This document shows positions 1 to 12,164 of a stretch of 64,000 nt of DNA, piece by piece. A model generated the notes under the pieces. That model did no database searches. It worked only from the letters and a program-made list of their open reading frames with translations, and was not told where the DNA came from. Each line of letters begins with the position of its first letter. Position 1 is the first letter of the stretch. Source of the DNA: Dimorphilus gyrociliatus (taxonomy: Eukaryota; Animalia; Annelida); NCBI GenBank assembly GCA_904063045.1, contig CAJFCJ010000011.1, forward strand, positions 682,001 to 746,000, in the 5' to 3' direction. The translations under genes were made by a program, and so were the position numbers.

Positions 1-511
1 GTTGTTAATTCTACTTTTATTAAAAGCATATAAACTTTTGGGTCACATGACATCTTATGGAAATTAGTCCATTTTTGCATGAATAAACAATTCGTGAGCA
101 TCTGCTAAGGGATAACAAATCTGTTGCGGCATTTTAAAGTTATACTATCTTCATATCATTCATATTAGACTTTCAAATATTTTATAAGCACCTCATAAAA
201 TTAAATTTTAAATTTGTAAACAACAGATATTGTGATAAAGTAGTAGTGAAAGTAGTAAATAGGCCTATTAGCTTTACGTATTATTATGTTTTGCACTTTC
301 AGGAACAGGTAACAAAAACGAATGTTTTACTTTACATTTACATCTGAAAAACTTAAAAACAGCGAAGGTAATATTTTTTACATTCGTTCTGTTGTCACTT
401 AACCTAAAAATCTCAGCCCTTGAAAACATCAGTGCCCTCTGGCGATTGCCTCTTCGCAGTCTCATTTCACTTTCAGCTTTTCAACAGTAGAAGTGATTCA
501 TACTCAGAGAA

Positions 512-931
512 ATGTCTAACTTTCATTCTTCTTCTACTGATGAGTGCGATTTCGATGATATTATTGATCCATCATCTCCAGGTGGTTCGAAGAAACCTCG
601 ACTAACGATAAATGCTAGAGAGAGACGTCGCATGCATGATTTGAACGATGCTCTTGATGACTTGAGAAGTGTTATTCCTTATGCCCACTCTCCGAATGTC
701 AGAAAATTATCTAAAATTGCTACACTTCTTCTGGCAAAGAATTATATTTTGATGCAGGCAAACGCCCTGGAAGAATTAAGGCGGATGATTGGAGTGATGA
801 ATGGAAATGTTGCTCTTGGTCTAGGAAATCAAACAAATTTAACGTCTTTTGGAGCGAATTTTGGTTTTCAAAGTTTAGAAACATCAGGAGATTTTAACAG
901 ATGTGGAAAGAGAAGAAAAATTGACACCTAA
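512..931 (+). CDS. BHLHE22/23: Beta3/Olig-class bHLH transcription factor (BHLHE22/23-like), single exon
   Basis: ORF contains [62 protein letters not shown], the characteristic Beta3/BHLHE22-23 bHLH sequence. Confidence 0.93.
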   Translation: MSNFHSSSTDECDFDDIIDPSSPGGSKKPRLTINARERRRMHDLNDALDDLRSVIPYAHSPNVRKLSKIATLLLAKNYILMQANALEELRRMIGVMNGNVALGLGNQTNLTSFGANFGFQSLETSGDFNRCGKRRKIDT

Positions 932-2030
932 TGTGTGTTCAAGGCTCAACTGATTATCTGCTTGATGTATCTTCATTCTAGCAAAAAAAAACAGAATATT
1001 CGTTTCCCTAAATGTATTAAAGGACTGTAAATTACATTTTATTGTTATCTTGAAAAAAAAACGTGTTGCAGGCAATAAAGTGTTGCATTTTGTATTATTC
1101 GGATAATAAATATATCAGACATACACCCAATATTATATTTTAACGCAAAAATATCATAGTAATTGAATGCTTGGTATTTCTGAGCTATCTGTATAATATT
1201 TTTACATGTATAATGGCTGTAATCTCCTATTCTCTTTCATACATACATTATTTACTTTTAAGATGTCTTTGTTGACTTTCAGAAAGATTCAATTTTAGGA
1301 AAACAATTTAAATTATGTTACTTTCATTTTCTGTGTTGTATTGAATTCTCCTTTGTATAAATAATGATATAGATGGCGTTATTCATCTACTACAGATCTG
1401 GGGTAGAAAAGCATAAACATACTTAAAATTGAAACGATAGTGAGACGTCAAAATGTTTTAGTAATATTTTAAAAACGTTTGAGGCGTTATAAAAACTCTA
1501 TAAAAAATTTAAGTAAGTCAAATTCAAGCAGATGAAACTGAAATTTGATGACAAGATCTGGGAATATTCTTTTGTATACTTATAAAGCAATGGTCGTGTA
1601 AGAGAAAACTTCGAATAGCAGGTTTGACAATTTTAAACTAAATCAGTTCTTATAAAGTTTTAGATAACTCAAACTGCAATAGCAATATCAAATCTATGAC
1701 ATGAGTTAACACAAAATTAAACTGTTTTATTAAATCTGTAGCTTTATTGCCAATAGACACAGGCGCAGAATCTTAGAACAAAAGTTATAATAAATTTTAA
1801 TAAATTAATATTATAAATATAATTGGAAACTTATGAAGATTTAGCAAGTTAGTAGTTAAATTTTTCATGCTTACATCCCAAAATAAGTTTAATCGATAGA
1901 AAGCTGGAAAGTAGGACTACTAAAGGAATGTTTATTTTAATATTAATACGATTTACTACATATAAACACAACGAAAATGAAATATTAAGTCTAAGTTTAG
2001 AAAGTTAAAAAATATTGTGAGAACCTATGT

Positions 2031-4926
2031 CTAGTAAGATCTTGGGTCACGGCGTCTGTTTGGTGACAAAGATCTTGATCGTCGAACAGGTCGTATAGCT
2101 CTAGACACACTTCTGTTCGAAGTCATTATTGGTCTGGTTGAACTCCGAACAGCTGAAAGAGGTCTCGAAGGAATCAGCACTTTAGACGCGTCTTCGTAGC
2201 CTGCTCTGAAGCCATCTGACATGTCTTCAAGCGTTGCATCCATTGCTGCGGCCGTCATAGAATGAGACTGTTGAGCTAAAATTAACTTCTCAAGTCGAGA
2301 GATAATCTCATAATCTGGTACAGCTAAACTCTGCACATCTAAGCCCAACATTCGAGCGATAACCTGTCGTAAATCTAAAAGCTGGAAGAGCAATTTTTTT
2401 GTTGAATATAAAAATGAACAGCAGATATTTCAATTAACTTACAGTTCTTTCTCTTTTGTTAACTTCATCTAAAGCAGCTTTTATAGTTCTTAGCTCACTT
2501 GTCAAGGTTTGAATGCTATGATTAGCAGAAGAATTTTTCTTGTTCAATTCTTGATCTTTATAATCAATTTCTTCTTGAAGGCCAGAAATCTTTTTTGATT
2601 GTTGTTGACAGAGCATTTCTAATTCTTGTAATCTACTTGTTCTTTCTTCGATAGTTTGACTTTGATGCAAAACTCGATTCTAGACATTAAAGTTGAGAAA
2701 TATTTAATATTTATAATCATTTAAAATGAAACCAAAATGTACCTCATAGTCTTTTGTTTCGAGGAGGGAAGCTTTTAATTCTCGAATTTGGCAATGTGCT
2801 TCATTTAATTCAGACTTATAACGTTCTACAAGTTTGCACAGCTTCCTATTTTTCATCATTTCGGAGTCTTTTTCTCGTTCAATTTCTGATCGACCATTCA
2901 ATCTTTCTTCGCTGGTGGCAACTTTCTTTCTCAGTAATTCCATATGTACCTCCTTGCTGTCCAGCTGCTCTTTCAATTGTTTTAACTTTCTCTGTAAGTT
3001 GTAAATATGAGTTTTTCTATCTATCAGAGCGTCTGATTCCAGTTTTACTAATTGTTCTGCCCTAGCTAGGATAGCATCAGTCGACATATCATATCCAATA
3101 TCCATGCTTATTGGGTCCATTTTCAGAGCTCGGGAAATCCTCTCCAAAAATTGCAAGTATCTTTCCTTATCTGATCTCAGCCCATCTCTGAGAACATCTG
3201 CAGTAGCTAGCTCTCCTTCAGCTTGCATCACTCTCTTTTGCATGGCAGAAATTTCAGTTTCGGCTTTTGCGGCCCGTCTATCAGTTTCCCTTTGGATATG
3301 GAATGAGTTTTCTAGCTGATTTGTTAAACTTGCAACTTTCTTTTCAAGATTTTCGATACAAGAATCTCTATCTCTGTTAAAAGTCATCAGAACTCGAACT
3401 CTTTCACGAATAGCCTCCTCAAAAGGTTCTACAGCACAAGACGTATCACTTAACCAATTAGCTAATTGCTGTTTAAAACTGCGGAAATTTGTTTCGCTAT
3501 TTCGAAGAGATATTTCCATTTCTTTTTGATGGCGTTCAAAGTTTGATACTCTTGTCTCACGCGACTCATGTTCATGCTTTGTCGCAGCAATAATTCTCTG
3601 AGACGATTCCAAGCGATCTCTAAGTATTTCAACTTCTCTTTCTAATTCTTTTGCACGAGTTTGAAACGTTTCTCGTTCCATGCGTAGTGTTTCAAATTCG
3701 TAAGTTTGCCTACTACACGATTCTTGCTTGCGCTCAACATCAGAAACAAGGCGTTGGATTGTTTCTCTATTGGCTTTTGATTCCATATCAGCGCTTCTAA
3801 TATATTCCTGCATCGTGACTATTTTTCCTTTTAGCAGATTTAATTCTTCTTGCATTTCTGTTGCTTTTGAAACGACCGAATCGATAGCCTCCATGCTTGA
3901 TGAAGAATAGGATGATTCAACAATGTCTATGCTCAAGCCCAAAGCATTTGTAACTTCTCTGAATTTCCTGGATATAGTTATGCTTCTCTGTTCTAATTCC
4001 TCCTTTTCTGCTATCAACGTTCTATTTCTTCTCTCTAGCTCCAGTATTCTTTGGGAGGATTCCTTTGTTTCCAGCTGTAGGGCGTTTAGTGCTATCTCTC
4101 CTCGCTGCTTCGCTCCTTCCAAGCTACCATGTATAGCTTCATACTCAGTTAATTGATGCCTGAGTTGTGAGACATAAGCAACCTGTTTCGCTTCATTCTC
4201 TCTTGCTGTTTCAATTTCTAGTTTAAGATGTTGAATACGACTTTCACGATCTTCAACTTGGTGCTGTAAGTCTCGAACTTGTGAGCTTAATCTATCTACT
4301 CTAATTTTGAGACTATCTGCTTCAGAGCGAGCAGCAGCAGCAGCTTGAATTCTCTCAGTAGAGAATTTTTCCTCTAACTGAAATAAGATATATATTATTT
4401 GATTATGAAACATGCTAGGTTACTCACTCTTGCAGAATCAAAGGTACATTTTGGTCTTGTGGAGTCGACACTGTTTGTCAGTCAGAAAATTTTTAATGGG
4501 TAATAAGTAAGATTATACTTAATACCTAGTTAGTTGAGTTATGAGCTTGTCCCTACGATTCAAATCGTCTTTTAGAATACGAATCTGTTCTTGTAACTGT
4601 AAAAGTTGTACAAATATATAAGATGTAAAATAATCAATAATTATAATTATTAATAATGTATATCTACGTCAACAAAATCTTTCTGCTCCACCGGTGATAG
4701 CGGCCTAGTCACAAAAGTAGTTGATGTAGTCGATGTTGGGGCAAACGTTACCTGAAAGTATAACTGGATTAAAACATATTGCTATGTTGAAGACGGTTAC
4801 GCTTACATGTCTTTCCTCCAATCTATGAAGACCATTTAGAGAATGTCTTATCGAACTTTCTACTAGACTTGGTCTCTCAGAAATATGAGGTAATCCATTT
4901 GAATCTTTCTCCCTGTAAAGAGCCAT
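2031..4926 (-). CDS. CCDC170: Coiled-coil domain-containing protein 170-like, multi-exon
   Basis: Long heptad-rich exons (2704-4413, 2434-2670, 2031-2393) joined by short GT-AG introns (e.g. 4752-4806). Motifs LKEQLDSKEVHMELLRKK and VIARMLGLDVQSLAVPDYEIISRLEKL match CCDC170 as recalled. Confidence 0.8.
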
Positions 4927-5147
4927 AAGAATATAAAATCTACTTCAATGCGAACACCGGAGGAATTCGAATAGGTTTGAAGTATCTGCTTGCTTGGCAA
5001 CAGTGGGAGCGTATGTCAACAACCGCAGTGGTTGCTAGGTGAAGCGATAATAGCGTCACCGTTGCAGCCATTTGCAACTAACTTTAGTGCTAACGGTGCC
5101 ATCTATTTGTTATCTATCAAACATTGCCTGGTTTTTGTGGAAAAATC

Positions 5148-5687
5148 ATGTTTTTCAAATTTAATAATTTCACCGGACGAATCACACAATCTACTAATAG
5201 AGTAACTTATAATCCTGAGGTTAGTTGGGGCAAAAATTAAGACTAATAAAGGAGATATATCTATTTGTCATTGTGTTAAAGTCACTCATCATATTATCGC
5301 TCAACAGGGACTAAATACGACCGTAGCCCAATCGGAGCAGCTTATTTTTCAAACTAAAACTGTAAAATTTCCGGTAGAACATATTCCCAAGGTTCATCAA
5401 GTTAATGGTCCAGCTACTGGAAAGCTTGGAGTTGTGCCGGATCACCCAGGCTATAAAAAAGTGATGGAACTTCAGCAAAGGATGAGTGTAAGTATAATAA
5501 TAAAAGAAGTGATGTAGCTTTCATACTCCTTTATTTACAGAAAAGTGATGGTTTACTTGTGTGGCAAAAATTAGGAAGCAAAGATAAATTATCATACTTA
5601 GCAATAATCGGTGGATGCGCTCTTGGAGTAGCCTACTCTGTGAGAAATCTGTATTTAATGACCTTTCCCAAGAGCGCTTCGGATTAA
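5148..5687 (+). CDS. COX7A2L: Cytochrome c oxidase subunit 7A-related protein (COX7A2L/SCAF1-like), 3 exons, 132 aa; not in ORF track
   Basis: Exons 5148-5219, 5308-5487 and 5541-5687 with phase-0 GT-AG introns give MFFKFNNFTGRITQSTNRVTYNPE/GLNTTVAQSEQLIFQT...KVMELQQRMS/KSDGLLVWQKLGSKDKLSYLAIIGGCALGVAYSVRNLYLMTFPKSASD. This has a COX7A-like C-terminal TM helix and a COX7A2L-like N-terminus. Confidence 0.8.
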
Positions 5688-5784
5688 TAGAAAGTTTGAG
5701 GAAATAAATGAGTGTGTGCAATTTATTTTTTAAGCTTTTAAGTCAAAATATCCTATAAGCAATAGACATTTACTAGCATCAGAA

Positions 5785-7606
5785 TCATTTGCAAACAAGT
5801 TTTCCAGGAGGAATTAAATGGCCAGGAAGCTTAGTAGGTAATTCGTATCCTTTTTTTGCCACGTCCACAAGGTGTACTGCTAGACAAAACTCATCCCCGT
5901 CCAGCATTCCGTCTTTGTCAACATCAGAAAGCTTCCAAATCTTAGAGAGGACGTGGCCAGTAAGCTGCGATTTAGTCAACTCATCTCTAGCGACCGACGC
6001 ATTTAGCTATAAATACATTTATTAGTATTTAAACTAAAAATATGCTGAAAAATTCACTCAACCTTTCCATTTACTGGATTCAAACTTTGAAATAATTTCA
6101 TATATTCTGGCTTTTTATTTTCAACAATCCAAGATCCTGTTCCACGTCCCTTGTCCACGCCTTCACCATATCCAATATTAAAGGGGGAACCCTTTACATT
6201 TTCAAAAGCTCCACCTTTTACAGAGGCTTCGCTTTTTTTGTATTTTTTTTCTTCATGAGGTATCAATTTCATTAACTTTGAAATATCATTTGATAACATA
6301 TATTCAGTATCATCAATTAATTTTTCCTGAAATGAGTACACTTAAGACGATATCAGCTTAAAAACAGTTAACAAACTTTCAAAAGTTTGAATTTCGTAAA
6401 ATCTTGAAATTGAAGATTTCTACGAAAGCGGTCTATATCGGGTAGGTCTCCATGAGGAATAGTTTTTTGATGTTGAATTTTATTGAAAATATCTCCTAAT
6501 TTTTTAATCAATTCCCTCTTTTTCTTTTCCTTACCTAAAAATCTTGGCATTTCTCTTTTCAGATAAGCAATAATGTAGGCGTGAACCTAAAATTTATAAA
6601 TTAGATAACGTGGGCGGGAAAGAATTAATCTTATTGTACGATTATGCAATTCCTATAAAAAAGTGATTATAGTTATTTAAAGCATAAAAACCTTGGCTAA
6701 TCGAGCTCTTTTAATTAGATCATTTACTTTTCTGACAGCAGCGTGGCTCGGTAAACATTGCAAATCATTAAACAAATCATTTGCTTCTTTCTCAAAAATA
6801 TGTCGATTTTCATCAAATTTTAAAGGTTGGGCCCAAAATGATCCTATATATACCCTAGCAACTTCTGGAGTACTCAAAACCTTACCTAATGACCACATAA
6901 GAGCTCCATACACTCTCATCAGTTGTTGACTATCTACCATGTCTGCTTTATTAAGAACAATCCTAACTTTTTCCTCATATCTTTTAATTGATTCAATTAC
7001 GATGCGCAATTCGTCAGATATGTCTAGCTTATGTGCATCGAACAATAAAATAATTCTATCAACTCGCTCAGCGAACCACTCTATTACAGCACCAAAATCA
7101 TATCCTCTATCCAAAGTCTGCTTCTCACCCGATAAGATTCCAGGAGTGTCTACGATCGTTAAGCTATCAAGAACTTTATTCTCAAGAATAGAACACTGTA
7201 ACCTTGTCAGGAAATGATTTCCAAATTTTGATAGTTGTCTAAATTGTTTGCTTGTATCAACAACTAACGCGTTCCCTGGAATAATACTCTTCTGGGATCC
7301 ACCGGTTAATATTATAAACTTATCAGTTGTTGGTTCGGGGCCTATTCTCATCCCGGGAAAATCCTCCTCAAGAAGATGTCTAATAAAACTAGTTTTGCCA
7401 GTAGAGTATTGCCCAACCAACAATATCATTGGCTTCGCCTCAAAATCAGCTTCCTCCAAAGAAGGTTGATGAAAGTCATAATACTTATAGGCTTCCTCAA
7501 GTGGCTTTAGTTTCTTGAAATAGCAATGCTTAAGTCCAGGAGTAACTGACTCAAAAATGTCTAAATGTTGTTTTCGATTGTCATTATGGTTCAACCAACT
7601 AAACAT
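5785..7606 (-). CDS. EHD1: EH domain-containing protein (EHD1/Past1/RME-1), multi-exon
   Basis: Dynamin-like P-loop GQYSTGKT, IGPEPTTD, VDTPGILSGEKQ, LNKADMVD; C-terminal EH domain KIWKLSDVDKDGMLDGDEFCLAVHL; intron 6587-6691 restores RLAK/VHAYII. Confidence 0.96.
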
Positions 7607-7683
7607 TCCTACTTTTAGATCGAAATAAACTCAGATCCGTCTAGTAACAAAAAGTTGATCGCTAATGTACGCGCGCTCTATCA

Positions 7684-7713
7684 CGGAAGTACGAAGTTCG
7701 CTGCGCATGCGCA
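7684..7713. promoter_or_regulatory. Bidirectional EHD1/YPEL5 promoter with ETS (CGGAAGT) and NRF1/EWG palindrome (TGCGCATGCGCA)
   Basis: CGGAAGT at 7684-7690 and a perfect 12-bp NRF1 palindrome at 7702-7713, between two divergent start codons (7606 and 7909). Confidence 0.6.
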
Positions 7714-7908
7714 CTTCTCCAAGGTTGAAAGAAACCAATTGTATTGGATATTTGTCCTCAGATACTAACAAATAAATTTGAGATAATTAATGTATAATTG
7801 CTACTAATTTTACAGCTAATCAATGACGTCATCAGTCTTGTTTTGATTTACTGCCGCCTGTGTATCTCCTTCCAGGGACTGACGCAATTGATTAGAAATA
7901 ATCTATCG

Positions 7909-8301
7909 ATGGGTCGGATATTTCTCAATAATCTAGGTGGAAAACAAATTTTCTCCTGTGCCAGCTGTGACGCACCTTTAACAAACAAAGATGAATTAGT
8001 ATCCACAAGATTTACGGGAGCAACAGGACGAGCGTTCCTTTTTAATAGAGTGGTAAATCTAATCTTCAGTGAAGTTCAAGACAGAGTTATGTTAACTGGC
8101 CGTCACATGGTTCGTGATGTTTCTTGTAAAAACTGTGATACAAAACTGGGTTGGGTATATGAATTTGCTACTGATGAGAGTCAGCGTTACAAAGAAGGCA
8201 GAGTTATTCTCGAACGCGCTCTTGTGTCAGAATCTGATGGTTTTGAAGAGACTCCACCCCCTCCTAAAAGGTCTCTCAATCCGTTCCCTTATGTTCAATG
8301 A
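7909..8301 (+). CDS. YPEL5: Protein yippee-like 5
   Basis: [20 protein letters not shown]...[18 protein letters not shown]...[22 protein letters not shown] is the Yippee zinc-binding domain. The likely start is Met38 of the listed ORF. Confidence 0.96.
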   Translation: MGRIFLNNLGGKQIFSCASCDAPLTNKDELVSTRFTGATGRAFLFNRVVNLIFSEVQDRVMLTGRHMVRDVSCKNCDTKLGWVYEFATDESQRYKEGRVILERALVSESDGFEETPPPPKRSLNPFPYVQ

Positions 8302-8407
8302 CTAACTCGATAATTCCGTAAAAGTCAAAATTTTGTTTAAAATATAAATTTGTAGTATATATTTAGAATTCATTCCACAATTAGCAGAAGTTTGAATTTA
8401 AAAAAAT

Positions 8408-11063
8408 CTATCGTATATTACTACTCGAAGATGTTAATAAGGTGTCAACATAATCATCAAAAGCTGTAGAAATCATTTCTATACACTCGAATAGTTCTGT
8501 GGTTGAACTAATTTCTTTCCTATCTGACATACTTGTAACTGTTACCGAAGTATAAATAAATTTACAGTGAACATGGAAAATTGTGAGTTGCTTACGTGAA
8601 TAATTTGTTGAATAGTCCGATAAGAAAGCATTCTGAAATTCATCCAACAATTCTTCAAATTCCGACTTGGGGTCTAGTTCATTGACATTTAATGTATTTT
8701 CGATATCAGGTAGTGTTATATTCGTCTAGAAGAATTACAGATAAAAAAAATGAAATTGAATTTAAAAACATACATTATGAAGTGCAATATCTTCATCAAG
8801 AATTGAAGCTAAATTACGGCAAATTTCTTTAGATTTCTTTTGATACTTGTCAACATATTTTGGCGGTGGTGATTTCACTAAATTATCATAAATGGAATAA
8901 TCAACAATGTCAAAATCTTCATTCTGAAATAATATTAAACGTTAATGTTGGATTATTACATATATCATGTATACTTTATGTAAAATTTTTTTTAATCTAT
9001 TTAATTGTCCTTCGAGGTGTTGCAATCGCTCGCCATCAAATGTAGGATTGATAACTTGAGCATTTTTTAAACTTTGTCGTAATTGTTTGTTTTCCATTTC
9101 CAAGCATCGAACAATATCTTCGAGTTCGCGCCTATCACTTTTATCTATATGTAAGCTCTTTCCATCATTTGGCTGTAAAAATTTAAATCACTTTCCTATT
9201 TAAATTTAAATTTGAGTAACAGACTATCTTTTCATCTACAAAATCGCTATCTGTTGAGCAGTTTGAGCTACCAACCAATTGCGGAGGATTTTCATGTGTT
9301 ATAGTGCTAAGTTGAAAGAAAGTAGTTTAAAACCTATTATATATAGTATTACCCATATATTATTATAAAGAAACCATACAAGTTATCTTCTATCTCCTCT
9401 CGACGAACAGGACTAACTGGAAGATAACGTAAACGTATTTTTCTTCGACGCTTTTTGCTTAAATTATTTTTTATAATATTGAATAAAGCTCTTGTACTTT
9501 CGAAAGCCGAAGACTGAAAAAAAATGTTTATATATAACTCTTAACAAATATCACTTTATACAAACCGCAAAACAGTATTCTTCAGTTGGATGATAAAGTT
9601 TGTGATTTCTGCTCACTTTGCAAGTTAAGAAACAGGTCTGACATAAGTTATAGTTAAAACATTGTAGACATTTGTATCTATTGGTTTCATAAGAATATTA
9701 TTATAGTGTATTTTTGTATATATAAAAGGTCATAAAACCTGAATCCAACAATTGGTAGACCTTTACAAACGTCACACTTAATTCCATGATTAACTTAAGT
9801 AATTACACGATCAATGAAAAAATATTCAGTACATTAGTAATATACTCACTGTGTTCTGCTGCAATCATTCGATGAAAAGTGGCTAGCCAGACAAGAGTTT
9901 GCGGCTCCTTAGCCAGCCACTGCATATATTCATCTTCCGATATTACATCTGCATCAGTCTAAATCAAACAAGAATGACTTATTGTAAACTTATATTGATC
10001 CTAACTTACAAATTTAAAGCAGCTATGAACAGCGGAAGAAATATTAGTTCCACCAAACGCTTCACTCTCTCCTAATAAATCTGGTATGTATATAACTGCT
10101 CTTAGTAGAGCTCCTAATTGTTGTCGAGATAGCTTTCCGTCATCATTTTCAAACAATGAATACAAATCTGTAATGTTGAATTCGATTACTCAATAGGAGA
10201 AAATCAAATTTACTTGCAGTGATATTTGTCAAGTAGCTTCGCCGACGAAAGTATACACAGGGCCACTTTAATTTTGGTAACGTAAACTGTTCCTGTCCTT
10301 TTGCTACAGAAGTAGAAGCTTTTTTATAAATATATAAATATTTATCTACTTACACATCATATAAGTTTAACATTAAATTTACCAGTTGCTGTATAATAGA
10401 ATCGAACTCCTTATTTGTCACTATATACTTTAAGAGAGGATGAGCGATCTATTTCAATAAAATGATTATTATATTCTTTGCTCAAGAATGATAACAAACC
10501 TTTGTTAATATGTTTTGTAATTGCCGACAATCAACGTATGACTGCATATTATTAGCTAACCCTTGCTGATCAAAAGCCAATGATATTTGACTAAGTGTCA
10601 TCTGCTGTACTGTTCATATCGATTAATTAAAAATAAATCAAGCATAATAAAAGAGATTAGTACATTTCAGATATTTTTGCAGACGACGAAGTTTAGCTGA
10701 CGTTCTATAAGCAGCAAATTTTATGTTGTCTAACTCTTCTGTCGAATAAATGCGGTTCATAAAAATAATAAGTTTACAAATTACATACCAAATGACTGTA
10801 GGAGTTTTACAAATTGTGGATGGTCCCATTGAGTTTTTTGTAAAACATGACTGAAATATACATATAACTATCCCTATTAACTTTAAATTCTATTGGACAT
10901 TACTTAACATAATAAGGAAGGCCAGTTTCTGTTTCACAGCGTTCCCAATCTTCAGTTAAATCTGTAAATAAACAATAGAAAGTAAATGAGGGAAATTTAC
11001 GTTAATTACACCATAAGCCATATGAAATAGCATACAAGTTTGAATATTGTTCCAAAGATTCAT
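8408..11063 (-). CDS. Short dystrophin-superfamily protein (WW + EF-hands + ZZ + coiled coil; dystrotelin/DRP-like), multi-exon
   Basis: Spliced WW domain WERCETETGLPYYV/NHVLQKTQWDHP, EF1 ELDNIKFAAYRTSAKLRRLQK, EPQTLVWLATFHRM, and ZZ CDVCKGLPIVGFR/YKCLQCFNYNLCQTCF. The proposed first exon 11036-11063 is inferred from splice phase. Confidence 0.8.
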
Positions 11064-12164
11064 GTTTTGTCTGTTTCATATAATCTTATAAGATAAATAA
11101 TCAACAAATAATTTTAAAAGAAATTATGAGTGCCTGTCCGCTAGATTTAAACTAAGTTGTTTTCGTATTTCACAAAAGCATAATGACTAGTGACATCTAT
11201 CGACAGTAAATTTCATCCCTTCATATTGACTATATTGAAACAGCAATTAATTGTTCATCACGAACGGTACGTAGCTTATATCCTAAAAAACATATGAATC
11301 TTTTATTTTTTGAATCCCCACCAAGGAAAAATCAAAATTTTATACTTTACATTATCTCCATAATTACTGATATGTAGACCTTCTCTATGATACCTAAGAT
11401 CTATTTTAAAACATACATAAGAAAATAGTGAAAAAGGTGTACAATATACTTTCTGGAATTCCAAGCAATAGTAATTTTTCAAAGCTTAAGCTATTTAACA
11501 AATTTCAGTAATGTATAATTTATTTTATTCATCCTCAGGGTAAATTTAATTTGCAATAATTCCATAGTCTGAATGGAGATCACTTTTTTTTTAAATTTCT
11601 CTCAGATCGTTTGTTATTTTTTAAAATGAAATTTTGAAATCAATAGGCCATATGGCATGTAGGGTTAACTCATAGTTATGCCTTAAATATAGCCATATCA
11701 TTGTAGTAATTAAGAGAGGGAAAAGGTTCAAATAACGGGCCTATCTTACAAGTTTTGTAAAGTTAAAATTACTACGTCATGATTGAATTTTAATATTTAG
11801 TTTGCATGAGATGTAGGTGTCGCTTATGGGCATTCGAGTAATTTTCTGTCACAATTTTGCTCTAACTATTACTTTTGAAAAACTTGTTGATTATATTGTG
11901 ATAAAATAACATAGAATGAGCAAATAAATATCTTTTACGTAAAAATTTGCTAGTATGGTACTCAAATTTATTAGCCTGGTTCGTTACCTCTGTGCCACAG
12001 GTTTGGACAAAATGCGCGTTTGTCAGGTCTGTCGTGTACACCATTCGCTAACGTGCTTGAAATGTTCTATAAATAGCTCCTAAATATAATTTATGATGTA
12101 AGTTTAATCTTTTTTCAACTGTTTTATTCCCTAAGGGCGATAATCAACTGTCAGTAATATCGTC

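Noticed and set aside
2754-4156. Several plus-strand ORFs (2754, 3104, 3728, 3923) and similar ones opposite EHD1, KEAP1 and NUP214
   Set aside because: Antisense shadows of long coding exons, with no independent motifs or splice structure.
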